From Octopus sinensis (Eukaryota), in assembly GCF_006345805.1 (NCBI RefSeq), contig NC_043006.1, positions 86,862,001 through 86,926,000 on the forward strand: DNA of 64,000 nt, read 5' to 3'. Shown here one piece after another: positions 38,596 through 51,554 of this stretch. The notes beneath the pieces are model-generated. The model ran no database searches. It saw only the letters and a program-made list of their open reading frames with translations, and had not been told where the DNA came from. The number at the start of each line of letters is the position of its first letter. Positions within the stretch are counted from its first letter, which is position 1. Position numbers and translations under genes: made by a program.

Positions 38596-39019
38596 TGTGT
38601 GTGTGTGTGTGTGTTATTGGTCAGTAGTTCATATTTCAGCAAAAAAAAAAAAAACAGTACACTCTAAAAGAGAAATTGAGCAGTTATATTTTTATAATGT
38701 TGAGTAGGACATTCTTGGTTATGATATGCAACCAGTCAAAAGGTTACCATTGTTTTCTCCCTTTCTATTGTTGGGGTGAAACCAGTGATTTACAGTTTAG
38801 GGCCAAAATACCCAATGGTTGTTGGATCCAGTTTGATGATATCAACCCCTCCTGACCAAAGCTTCATCCACTTTAGTAAGTGGAATAGAAGCATCTTCTT
38901 CCAGTTGTTAACAATAACATAATATATATGAGAATCACAGAAAAACAAAAAAAAAATGAAAGTTTCTGAATTTTGAAATGTAAAATTAAAATAAACAAAA
39001 GCAGAGCTGTATTCCTCAC

Positions 39020-39171
39020 CTGATGGGCAAACTCATGAGCAATCGTTTCAATTACTAACATTCTTAATCTCACAGTCTGAGATGAATCAAACAGTAACTG
39101 GGTTGTTCTGAATGTTATGAGACCCCAATTCTCCATAGCACCTTGTTCAAAGTCTGGTATGGCAATCAAAT
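39020..39171 (-). CDS. Internal exon of the same M1 aminopeptidase (GAMEN and HEXXH motifs), [51 protein letters not shown]
   Basis: 152-bp exon, phase 1 start and phase 0 end. Acceptor is ttcttcttttgcag|AT and donor is CAG|gtgag. It contains GAMEN and HEFAH and lies inside track ORF 38873-39202. The paralogue (ANPEP/ENPEP/ERAP/LNPEP) cannot be resolved from two exons. Confidence 0.96.
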
Positions 39172-40787
39172 CTGCAAAAGAAGAAACAAATATGTAAGAC
39201 AAAAAAACCCAAAAAACTTAAGAAACTGAAACCGACAAAAAATTTATTAATACAGCAGAGTCAATCCTTTCTTGTTCAATGTCAACCAAGCATCTACACA
39301 CATATCTGCTAGGCCTGGGCAAGAACTTTTGAAGAACTAGCAGTTGTTCACACATGCAAGTCTTTCCTCTCTATACTTTGGTGTTTGGTGGAGTCCCACC
39401 AAATTGGATCAAAACAACTTGGGACCAGAGTCATTTTAGAGATTTGAGTGGTTATACTTGTATATTGTTGCATAGTATATTCCTGGTTATGATATATAAC
39501 CAGTCAGAAAGTTGTTGTTGCTTTCTTGTCTTCTATTGCATCCATGAAACCAATGGTTGCTTTCTGAATGTTTATAAACCATAACAAGATATATACTATT
39601 TGCATCCATTCTCTACAAAAAACATGCTCATGTCACCTCACAACACCAAAACCGAACTACTCACCTCAATGGACCCTGCTTTCTTTAGCAGCATGCCAAA
39701 ACATGTAAGAGAGCAAAAAGCTCTCATAACATTCAAATGGCTCCAGATAAATATTTTCAACAAATTCCAGATAAACCCCCTACACCTGAATGTAGCTCTG
39801 CAAACAATAACTTTTTACTTGCATGGGCTGAAATAAATACTGGCAGACATCTTAATCATCAAACAGTTCTGTCAATGCACTACCCTGGAGTGATATCATT
39901 TTGGTAATTCTAAAAGGGATAAAATACAAAAGTTACCCTTAACAGTATTTGAACCCATAGGGCAGAGTCAAAACAAATCCTGTGAGGCATTCTACCTATA
40001 CTCAAATGACACTGCCAATTCACCACATTTAAAGAAATAATCATTATTGTTTTATAAATGCAGGACAATAGAAAGCAGAGAGCTGGCAGAATCATTTGTG
40101 CAAGAGGCAAAATGCTTAGCAGCATTTCTTCCAGTTTTACCCTAATACCCACCACCTGAACATCCCTGTCTGTATACCAGTGTGTGAACTCCTTTCTCAT
40201 CTTATATATTTACCCTGACTGTGTTTGTATTGACAATGTTTCCATGGAGTACCCAACTATAGTTATACTGGGAATAATGAAGCACAAGATATTGGATTAC
40301 AAGTTGCCCCCACATGCCTGAATACTACCCAATCAAGTATGCACAACGCTTGGAACAATTAACTGGGTTGCACGTAATTATACACTCTTCTAAACAATGC
40401 ATTGTGCTTCCCCTATGATTGCCAACTGAACAGGCTTATTGACTTACAGGACAAAATGAACCTATATAATATTTTTGGATAATCTACCACTGTTTAGTGA
40501 CTACCTGTGAACTTATATGCTGGTGTGCAACAACAGGTAAGCGTATGTGCTCAGGGGTAGGAGCAATGTTGCTTTAGAAAGTGTTTGTCATTTGACATAA
40601 TAGTGGGTAATATGCGGTTATCTGTTCATGTGTGTATGTACCCATATGCATGCTGTGTACATATATGTCTGTATATGTGTATCTGTATGTCGCTGTGGAT
40701 CATGCCTATCAGCTGACGTCACTCCTTTACTCTTGTGAGACATGAACTCTTTACAAGCATCATGTAAAGGTCTTTGAAAATTTTCCT

Positions 40788-41189
40788 CAGGAGTGGCTGT
40801 GTGGTAAGTAGCTTGCTTACCAACCACATGGTTCCAGGTTCAGTCCCACTGTGTGGCATCTTGGGCAAGTGTCTTCTACTATAGCCTCAGGCTGACCAAA
40901 GCCTTGTGAGTGGATTTGGTAGATGGAAACTGAAAGAAGCCCGTCGTATATATGTATATATATATATATATATATGTGTGTATGTTTGTGTGTCTGTGTT
41001 TGTCCCCCTAGCATTGCTTGACAACCGATGCTGGTGTATTTACGTCGCCATCACTTAGCGGTTCGGCAAAAGAGACCGATAGAATAAGTACTGGGCTTAC
41101 AAAGAATAAGTCCTGGGGTCGATTTGATTCGACTAAAGGCGGTGCTCCAGCATGGCCGCAGTCAAATGACTGAAACAAGTAAAAGAGTA
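40788..41189 (+). mobile_element. SINE family A, full length
   Basis: caggagtggctgtgtggtaag...gactgaaacaagtaaaagagt. Confidence 0.92.
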
Positions 41190-41520
41190 GATGCCTGACA
41201 CATTCTGAATGTTGGCTTGTCCTTGTAGACTCCAGGCACAGAGATCTTGAAAGAATCCAACATCCTGAGCATTGAGGTGATGGTGCACAAGTACCGTTTA
41301 CATTGGACTGGACAACTTGTTTGAATGAATGATCAGAGGATGCCTAAGCAGATCCTATATGGTGAACTTGCTTGGTAAAAGCACTCCTAGCCAAGACAAT
41401 TTAAGGATTGAGTTAAGTCTTCATTGAAAACTTGTGAAATATGGGAGGTGAATTGGGAAAGAAAAGCTTGTAATTGCCACCAATGGAGGACATAAGTAAA
41501 GATGGGATTGGGTATTATCA
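41190..41520 (+). mobile_element. RTE/BovB-like LINE fragment
   Basis: TEILKESNILSIEVMVHKYRLHWTGQLV.MNDQRMPKQILYGEL. Confidence 0.8.
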
Positions 41521-42259
41521 AAAATACATGAATTTTTCATGCAGAATTTAAGTGAGTAGCGTAAAAATGCATGTGAATATTTAGGCTTGGTGTAGTGTAT
41601 GTGGACATGGTATACTGGGACGTTAATGTATGTGAGTGTTAGCATGAAGGGTAGGATGTACTACATTTTGCACACCACTGACAATGGAAATTCTTACCAA
41701 CACATTCTTTGTTTGTTAGCCAGAAAGCAACATGTTTATGGTTGCAGAAAGCTGCTACCATAAACTTGACACCAGCCTCCTTAACCTTGTCTTAGAACAA
41801 GATTTCTTGTACTGTAACTGTTATTCTTGCTATTAACAATTTTTATTATTGTTTTATCAATGTTATTCTTGTGGTCTCTGGAGCTGGAATTGTTGTTGTT
41901 GGGGTGGTTGATACTAGAGTTATCTTATCTCTTTCTTTCTTTTATATACATATGGGAATGGTTGTAAGCATGGAAAAGCTGCCTTGACCTTCTCTTCTAC
42001 TACAGTGTATACAGTTACTCCACTCTGTTCAGCTACTCCATTAATGTTGTTGATAATTTGCATAATTGGAATACGCTGAGCACTTAACATCATTCTTTGT
42101 TCAACACTGACGAGAAGAATTAATAAGATTTACATAATATTTCAGCAGGCAGTTATGTAACCATGGCAAGTAATTTGATGAAATGCACATGTTTTATAAA
42201 ACATAAGACTGCATATATGTTGTTTGTATTTTAATATATACATATATATATGGTTTTTG

Positions 42260-43885
42260 TTGACATGAAGAGAGCTTTTAACAGGGTTCCTGAATCCCTT
42301 ATCTAGTGGTGAATGCGGAAACTAGGGATAGACAAGTGGTTAGTGAGAGCTGCATAAGCCATCTAGAGATTTAGTCAGTAAGGGGAGGGTTGGCAATGAA
42401 TTCAGGATATAATTAGGGGTTCAACAAGGATCAGTCCTCAGCTCCCTCTTATTCATCATAGTTCTCCAGGCAATATCAGAGGAATTTAAGACAGGCTTCC
42501 CCTGGGAGTTCTTCTATGTTGAAGACCTCATTCTAATAGTTGAATCGCTATCAGAACTAGAGAAGAAATTTCAGGTGTGAAAGCAAGGTCAAGAAGTGAA
42601 GGGCCTTAGAGTTAACCTAGCAAACACCAAAGTCTTAGTAAGAAAAAAAGGCATAAGTAGAAATTCCATAAGATGTACCTGGTATAAGCTATGGACACCC
42701 AAGAGGTGCAGTAATATAAGAGGAAGGTTAACTTGGAAAATAGGCTTGTGTGTGTGGAAAGTGTATAAATACAATAAATGCTAAAAACGTAGAGAAAATA
42801 GACTCTATCAAATGCCAGCATGGTAAGCTAGAGATAGTTGATAGCTTCTGTTATCTAGGCGACCAAGTCACTAGTGAAGATAGATGTTTCAAGAGCATAG
42901 CTGTGAGAATAAGAATAGGCTGGGCAAAGTTCAGGGAGAGCCTACCTCAGTTGGCAATGAAGAGCCTCTCTCTGAGTGAAAGGCAGATTGTATAATGTTT
43001 ATGTGCATATAGCTATACTACATGGCAGTGAAACATGAGCTGTGACTGCTGAGGGCATGTGTAAGCTTGTAAGAAATGAAGCTAGCATGCTTCACTGGAT
43101 GTGCAATATCAGTGTGCATGTACAACAGAGTGTAAGCATCTTAAGAGAAAAATTGGGCATAAGAGGCATTGGATGTGGTGTGCAAGAGAAACAACTGCAT
43201 TGGTATAGTCATACGATGGGCATGGATGAGGACAGCAGTGTGAAGAGCTGATTTCTATCTTTAGAGGAAACATGTGAAAAAAGTAGACCCAGGAAGACAT
43301 AGGACGAGGTGATGAAGCATGATCTCAGAACATCGGGCCTGAAGGATGTAATGACTGAGACCTTTGGAGATATGCTGTGCTTGAGAAAACCTGTCAAGCC
43401 AAGTGAAATCATGCTCATGGTCGATTCTGATATCACATACCTGGCATTTGTACTGGTGGCATATAAAAAGCACCTTTTTCCAGTGTTGGGCCTCATGGAG
43501 GCTATATGGCTGATATCAGTGTTGTGTAATTAGCACCCATACCAGTGGCACATAAAAAATGCCTTTCAAGTGTCGAGCCTTATGGAAGCAATGACAAATG
43601 GCTGAGACCTTTGGCAATATGCCACGCTGGAGTAGAAAACCCATGAAGCCAAATGAAATAATAATTGTGGCAGATACTGGTGTCATACAACTGACACCCA
43701 TGCTGGTGGCACATAAAATCACCCATTAGGCTCTTGGAGTGACTGGTGTTAGGAAGGGCATCCAGCTGTAGAAACCATGCCAAATCAGATTGGTGCAGCC
43801 CTTCAGGTTACCTGCCCCGGTCAAACAGTTCACCCCATGAGCAGCATGCACAACAGACATTAAATGATGACGATGATGATGATAT
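42260..43885 (+). mobile_element. 5'-truncated RTE-clade LINE with RT remnant and (GAT)n tail
   Basis: DMKRAF, LGVQQGSVLSSLLFIIVLQAISEEFKTGFPWEFFYVEDL (YADD box), KGLRVNLANTKVLV, a Cys-rich segment, DSFCYLGD, RIRIGWAKFRE and LHWMCNISV. The 3' region has a duplicated ~250-bp subunit and ends atgatgacgatgatgatgat. Confidence 0.88.
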
Positions 43886-43936
43886 AAATACACATGTTAG
43901 ACTTCCTATAGTTTCCATTTATCAAATTACTTATCA

Positions 43937-44241
43937 ATTCCATAATATAGATCAGAGAGTTGCAAAACGGTTCAGTCCCATTACCCACACACACACATAT
44001 ATATATATATCTTTTTTTTTTCATGGAAAATACAATGTTAAATGTTTTTTCTCTTATTGGTGATTCTATATAGGATAGATTTAATTCTTTCAGTCAGCTG
44101 CTGGGATAAACGCTAACTTTTGTATTTTGCTTTGTTTAGGTTTTTATTCTCAGTTAACCCTTTCAATACCAACCTGGTTGAGACAGCTTCTGGTTCTATG
44201 ACATGATATAAATGGGTACATTTAAATTAAAAATCTGTGTA
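43937..44241 (+). repeat. ~305-bp local direct duplication, copy 1
   Basis: Nearly identical to 45587-45890, differing in an internal microsatellite and in gctaac vs gctgac. Confidence 0.92.
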
Positions 44242-44306
44242 ATTAAGTGCTATGCAATGGATATCATTACAAAGTGTACTTAACCACACAGATATATATA
44301 TGTGTA

Positions 44307-44344
<38 letters not shown>

Positions 44345-44471
44345 TACACATATATATACACATATATATATATACATATATATATACATATATATATATA
44401 CATATATATATATACAACCCATGCTAGCATGGAAAACGGACGCTAAACGATGATGATGATGATGATGATGA

Positions 44472-44518
<47 letters not shown>

Positions 44519-45586
44519 CATATATATACATAAATATATATGTATGTGTGTGTGTGTGTGTGTGTGCATGCACACACATTTATCTATTCTAAAATATATC
44601 AACTTGTATATCATGAAATCATGCATGTAGATAAAGATACTTGAAAGTGAAAAAAAGATATCTCAAAAGAATGCAATTTGTAGCCAGTGATAATTTAAAA
44701 GTATATCTTCCATAAAGGTGAAGAAGCAATGAATAAATTAAAGTTATATCTTCTATAAACAAGAAAGAAGCAGGGAATAAGCGTAAACCATTAACAATAG
44801 CCAGTAACGAATGGACTTAAGTAAAGCAGCATTTCATAATTAGCCTTGTTTTTCTGTCAATAAGGAAGTAAAACATCTTTGAGTGTTTCTTCATTTACTA
44901 AACAAGTCAGACTAAAAGACCTAGCATACAGTATGTTTTCCAAATTCTATCGCCATTAATATAAGTTTTTCATTGTTTGGCCTTGTCTATGTTACTTAAA
45001 AAGAAAAGAAAAAACTCAGAAATACTGCATTGCATTAAAATATTAAAAAATTTTTTTTATTTCAGTTGCAATAGAGAAGTCACTCATAATAATCAGACTT
45101 AAAACTCTTATTATTAAAGATATAAAAGCCGTGGAAATTTTAGGTAAAAACCCATTATCTCTTGGACAGTATATATTCATGTACTATATTTCATCAAAGA
45201 ATATCATTCCATTAGATATTGAGATAAACATTTATCAATGATTTTTTTCTTCTTTTTAATGTAATCTTGTATTTTCCTGAGTAACAGTAAATTCCTTGAT
45301 TTAGAAACAACATTCAGTAGTTTTTACCATGTCTTTTTTTTTTCTTCTTCTTTGCTCCAACTTCTCAGAAGTTGTTACCAAAAGCTTTCTAGTTAGTTTT
45401 ACTAATTTTAGTTTACCCTATGAAATGGTGGGAAAATATATTAATGACATTCTGTCATCTTTTTTTGTTGTGAAAATAAGTTTCCATTCCATACAATTCC
45501 TTTGAGGTTAGAATACTACTAACCATATGGTTGTGAATACAAAACTTTAATATGATTAATCTGACTGAGTTTTTGGCACAGTTCCC

Positions 45587-45890
45587 ATTCCATAATATAG
45601 ATCAGAGAGTTGCAAAACGGTTCAGTCCCATTACATATATATATATATATGTATATATATCTTTTTTTTTCATGGAAAATACAATGTTAAATGTTTTTTC
45701 TCTTATTGGTGATTCTATATAGGATAGATTTAATTCTTTCAGTCAGCTGCTGGGATAAACGCTGACTTTTGTATTTTGCTTTGTTTAGGTTTTTATTCTC
45801 AGTTAACCCTTTCAATACCAACCTGGTTGAGACAGCTTCTGGTTCTATGACATGATATAAATGGGTACATTTAAATTAAAAATCTGTGTA
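45587..45890 (+). repeat. ~305-bp local direct duplication, copy 2
   Basis: See 43937-44241. Confidence 0.92.
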
Positions 45891-46239
45891 CCATAATTTA
45901 ATACAGGAATGTTTTGATGTTTTAAATACCAACTTAATACATCAAGCTTAAATCACTTTCAATGTGTAAAAGCCAGCTTTTTCCATTTATTAAATGGAAA
46001 AGGCTATTTTACAAAATTCTTCCAAACTCTTTATTTTTAAATTGAACTGAAACATAAGATATATATCCATCCAAATACATTCTCAGTTTGGTTAATCTTA
46101 AATTATGAAAGAAAAGCAGATCTTTGTCTGTCTGTTTGTCACAAAATCTATTCAAGGAAAGGTAACAAGGGGAGGGATCAAAATATGTCAGAACATATTT
46201 TTAGAAGGAGAGGAGAAAAAGTTGTTGAGAGAGAAATGC

Positions 46240-46290
<51 letters not shown>

Positions 46291-46880
46291 GTGAAAGAGA
46301 GATAATTACATATATAGATAGATAAATAGACAGATAGTGTTGTCACCATAGCAACTAACAAGTTTTGATTTATAACGCTGTAATTATAAGTACAAGTCTG
46401 TCAACACAACACAACATAGACATTAAAAATGGCTATATGTACATATATATATATATATAGTTATTTTTTTGTGATATGTGTGTGTGTGTGTGTTTGTGTC
46501 TTGCAACATGTAGACAACACAGACTTCATAAAAGGACTTTCACTTTTAACAATTTATGAAGCTATGTGCATAATTAACAAATATTTTTACTGGCAGCATA
46601 GTGACAGAAAGCGACCCATTGGAATATAAACAGTATAGGCTAAAATACAACTTTGAGAAATTAAAGTATCAAATTCAGAGTCCACATTACTATGGGTTCA
46701 TGTTCAGCTAAAATTTTGGATTTTAATAATAGGCAATTCATATTTCATTTAGTATGTCATCGTCATCATTGCCACCACTGTCAACAATGATGGAATTCAC
46801 TGAGCTGGATTTTCTATGTTTGAATATCTTTCCTGTCACCAATCATCCCCTATTTCCAAGCAAGGTAAAAGCTCATTTAT

Positions 46881-47563
46881 TCCTAATCACTGCTTGGCAT
46901 TGATGCTGCTATTTCTATTCTGACCAGGCAGTACACCAACTAAAAGCAGTCAACATCAGTGATTGAGATGTACTAAAGCTATGGCTTTGAATCTGCCTAA
47001 GGTTATCTCTCTTTGGTATTACCTATTGTGGAAGGCTAAAATGCCAGAAATACATGTCTCAGAACCTGCTGAAGGAAACCACCAGGGAGATATGGTGTTT
47101 TTACACCTTTTACCATAAGAGGGAATTTTTTCTCCACAGTGACTGCAGTGAATTTGACTTTAGAAGTTAAAATATGTCACAAAAATATTTTAACTACCCT
47201 GAAGTTCATTTGTTCCTTATCACTGTTTAGCACTGATGCTGCTATTTTAATTTCAACCACTAATGCACTGGTGCAACTCAGTCACTGAAATTGACTGTTT
47301 TTATTTAAAGCTACAACTTTGAATCTGCTTTGGGTCACCTCTCTTTGGTATTTCCTATTCTGGAAGGCTAAAGTACTAGAAATGCAAGTCTGAGAATCTG
47401 CTAAAGGAAAGCTCTGAGCAGATATGATGTTTTTGCACCTTTTACCACAAGAGGGAATTTTTTCTTCCTGAATTTACCTTTAGAAGTTAAAATATGTCAT
47501 AAATATATTTTAACTACCCTAAAGTTTATATATTCCTAATCGCTGCTTGGTGCTGAGGCTGCT
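46881..47563. repeat. Diverged tandem repeat with a ~320-333-bp unit (2 copies plus the start of a third)
   Basis: Units start at 46881, 47214 and 47534. Shared blocks include ctttgaatctgc, ctctttggtatt.cctatt.tggaaggctaaa, caccttttacca.aagagggaatttttt and ctttagaagttaaaatatgtca. Confidence 0.85.
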
Positions 47564-47652
47564 CTAGAAAATAGAAACATAGTGGGGGAATAGAGTGGAG
47601 AGGAAGAAATTAAGAAGTATGTAGTAAGGAGAGTAAAAAGCAAAGCTTTAAT

Positions 47653-47702
<50 letters not shown>

Positions 47703-48020
47703 CAAATAATGAAATTCAAAGAAACAAGTGATATCCTGTATGAAATATATGCAATATAGAAAAAAAAAGTTTCCATTGATGAAGAGGAGGCTAACATTTG
47801 AGACCAAATTGCTTGTTAGAAAGAGATGAGGTTACTTATGTAATAAATGATAGTGTTGAACAAAATGGAAGTAACGAGAGTAAAAGTAAAAAAGAAATTA
47901 AAATCTAATAGTGAAATATAAGATAGGTGAAATGGAAAGTAACAAAGGGTGAAATAAATATCTGTAGAAAAGCAAAGGCCAAGGAGATGATCAACAAAAA
48001 TGATGAATACTAACAAATCT

Positions 48021-48415
48021 TTTATCTTTTTCTTGTTTCAATCATTTCACTGCAGCCATACTGGAGCACTACCTTGAAAAGTTTTAGTCGAACAAATTGA
48101 CCCCAGGACATTTTTTAAGCCTAGTACTTATTCTATTGGAATCTTTTGCTGAACCGCTAAAATATGGAGATGCAAAGACAATAGCACCAGTTGTCAAGTG
48201 GTGGTGGAGTACAAACGCTAACAAAAAGGTATACATATACACACATGCATGCACGCACACACACACATCTTCTTCCAGTTTCTATCTACCAAATCCACTC
48301 ATAAGGCTTTGGTGGGCTTAAGGTTATAGAAGGAGACACTTGCCCAAGGTGCCACTGAATGGGACTAAATGCATAACCATGCATGTGGTTGGGAAGCAAA
48401 CTATTTACCACACAG
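48021..48415 (-). mobile_element. SINE family A (diverged)
   Basis: Tail, core and head motifs are all present on the minus strand. Confidence 0.75.
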
Positions 48416-48486
48416 TAAAAAAAAAAAACAGTGTAAGGGAATAAAATTTATGCAAGTAATTACCTAAGGTATATCTATATAGTCTG

Positions 48487-48975
48487 TGGAGGTGCAATGG
48501 CCCAGTGGGTAGGGCAGTGGACTTGTGGTCGTAGGATCACGGTTTCAATTCCCAGATCGGGCATTGTGAGTGTTTATTGAGCAAAAACACCTAAAGCTCC
48601 ACAAGGCTCCAGCAGGGGGTGGTGGTGAACCCTGCTGTACTCTTTCACAACTTTCTCTCACACTTTCTTCCTGCTTCTGTTGTACCTGTATTTCAAAGTG
48701 CCAGCCTTGTCACACTCTGTGTCATGCTGAATCTCCTCGAGAACTACGTTAAGGGTACACGTGTCTGTGAAATGCTTGGCCACTTGCACGGTAATAAATG
48801 AGCTGCAACGTCCCTGGTGCCAAGCTGTATCAGCCTTTGCCTTTCCCTTGGATAACATCGGTGGCATGGAGAGGGGAGGCTGGTATGCATGGGCGATGCT
48901 GGTCTTCTATAAACAACCTTGCCCAGACTTGTGCCTTGGAAGGTGCAATCCCATGGTCATTCATGACCGAAGGGA
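48487..48975 (+). mobile_element. tRNA-headed SINE family C (long-tail form)
   Basis: Has the same head and body as 24560-24870 up to ctttctctcac..tttcttc, then an unrelated tail of about 300 bp. Confidence 0.8.
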
Positions 48976-49856
48976 GTCACAACAGAAATTCATATAGTCT
49001 ACTTGAAGAAGTATTTGGAAAAGCTTATGTAATTAGTAATGGAATGATCAATATATATGAGATTGTGTGTGTGTGTGTGTGTGTGAAAATGGAAAATTTT
49101 TTGCAATATTTGATGATGTTTTGGATCAAAACCAAAGCCCTCTGTATCCTGTAGAGTGTCAAGAATCAAGTCAGCCTGTCGTAAAGCCTCTTCTCTCTTC
49201 AGGCTGTTTGTTGATTACCACAAAACACTGGAAATGGCATAAGTGATATTGTTAAATAGATTCTCTGGAGATAGAATATTTGTAACATGGCCTAAGGCTA
49301 TTCTATCACATGCACATACAGACATGGAACCCTTTGAGCCAGTGAAGATCTCATAAATAGATGCTGTGTTGAAAGACAGTATCTAGCATGGACATATATG
49401 GGTTGTGTGTGATATGTATAGGGTTCTGAGGGGTGGGGTAAAGTGGTTTTTAAATTGCTTTTATCTTTGAATACTGGTTAAATGCTTACATGTGAGTGTG
49501 TGTGTTTGTTTAAGTGCATTGAATATATAATTTTTATAGATATATATATATGAATAGGTTTTAAAAAATAACACCTCTGTTCCCCCTCTCTCTCTATATA
49601 TATACATATATCTATACATTCACGCATATATGGAAAGAAAATATTCATACACATACACATACACACACACACATATATATATACACATACATATATATAT
49701 ATATATATAATTTTGGAAGTTATTCATGCATGAATTTATAAAAATTGTATATTTTATCCTTTCAAATACTTCTTTGAATCTAGACCATGTCTAGATGAAA
49801 AGGCTATGTGTGTGTGTGTATTAATGTATGCATGTATACATGTGTGTGTGTTTGTA

Positions 49857-49908
<52 letters not shown>

Positions 49909-51554
49909 TACACACACCTACCTACATACATACATACATATATGTGTGTATGCATTTATGTATGTAGGTGTATATATATATATCAAACCAATGTTGATAA
50001 TATCTAAGAGCTTGAAATGCATATATTGGTCCACAGAGGGCACCTTGAAATGACTGTTGGCATTTTAATACCTGTTGCCTAAAGTAAGAATTCTTCTCAA
50101 TGGCAAACTATAATGAAAATGACATTTTAGAGGTCAAATATGTTCCAATCATATTTTAGCTCATGTTTAAACAGTTCTGAAGATTTGTTTAATTCACAAC
50201 ACTACTTTCGTATGCCTACTATGTATGTAACATGTGTATGTATGTAAAAATATGTTTGTTTGTTTGATTGTGTGTGTAATCAATAATGAGTTAGGTATTG
50301 TACTACTTTAATGGGACAAGGCAACAAGGGAGCATCAACCTCACAAAAAATAGCAGTCAAATTATTTTCAGTTCCCATCCCGTTATTTTTTAAATGGGAT
50401 ACTGGAAATTTTGATCTGGATATAGACAGCCTAACAAAGTAAGAAACAACAATTTCATCGTGGGTAAAATGCCTTTGATTAAAAGTTTGCCTACCAGGAA
50501 TGGTCAAATAAGATTTAATTGTACAAGTGCCTATCACATGTGGGTATAACTTAATTGTACAAGTACCTATCACATGTGGGTATAACTTGGTAGAATGTAC
50601 CATGTATTTGCTAATTATTTTAGGTGCCTATGTAGTTATGAGCAGACATAAGAACCCCACTTGGCTCTCCCACTCTTCACTCAGCAGAACACTGAGGTTG
50701 TGATAGCTGAAAGGAGAGAGGGCGGCACCAGCATCTGAGTGGTGCTCATTAGAGCTGTGTTGACTGGAGCATTGCAAAATGAAGTGCTTTGCTAAAAAAT
50801 TTCACATGTTACTTAATTCAGGAAATGAATTCAAGGCTAAGAATTGAACCACGAGTCAAACACACTAACTCTAAGCTACAAGTTTTCACTTTTACTATAT
50901 ATAAAAGGTATTAAAAAAAAATCAAACTTTAGAACTGCATCAAATAAAAATTGTCTTTTTGTAATCCAAGCTACTTCATCTCTGCTATGTATCCTAACTC
51001 TATTCTAACTAATATTTCTCTATGATCATTATATTTTACAACCACCACACATGAGAAGTTGTTTTGATAATGTCTCGATGCAGGTCTCTTGTGGAGTATC
51101 AACAAAGAATTAATGCTGGTTAAATAACAGATTCAGTAGATTGGAAGAGTGGTATTCCCCAAAGTAGTAATCATATTAACTGCATGATTATCAACTTTAC
51201 AGCGATGCAACCAAGTAAAAAGATAAAGGAGACATCTCAATTGAAAGTAATATCCCAGAAGGATAACTGTTCCTTGGTGGATTTTAGTGTCTCGATTCAG
51301 CAAAGTGGAAAAGACATCTAGCCAGATATAGGAATCACATTTATTCTCAACTTTTAAATGTTATTATTTCTTATTGTTTGTGTCTTTATTTTAATTTGTA
51401 TTTAAAATATTTCTGACATCTGTCTTGTTGTTCATTCTCAAATTTCTTCAATGTGGCCCTGTATACAAAGCTAGTGGTTATTGCTCATGTTGGAATAGTT
51501 AAAATACTATTGAAGTACTTCTACTTCAAAATCATTCGTAATATTTCATTATTA

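Larger units (their letters stand above)
679..39019 (-). other. 38.3-kb GT-AG intron of the aminopeptidase gene
   Basis: Bounded by the GTGAG donor after HQ and the CAG acceptor before WFGN. In M1 aminopeptidases these residues are contiguous (HQ-WFGN), so no exon is needed in between. Confidence 0.9.

Noticed and set aside
50280-50603. ORF with ISRSK...CPIKVVQYL, reminiscent of tyrosine recombinases
   Set aside because: No catalytic R-H-R-Y residues are found in the flanks, and the N-terminus comes from a 36-bp tandem duplication. The evidence is too weak.
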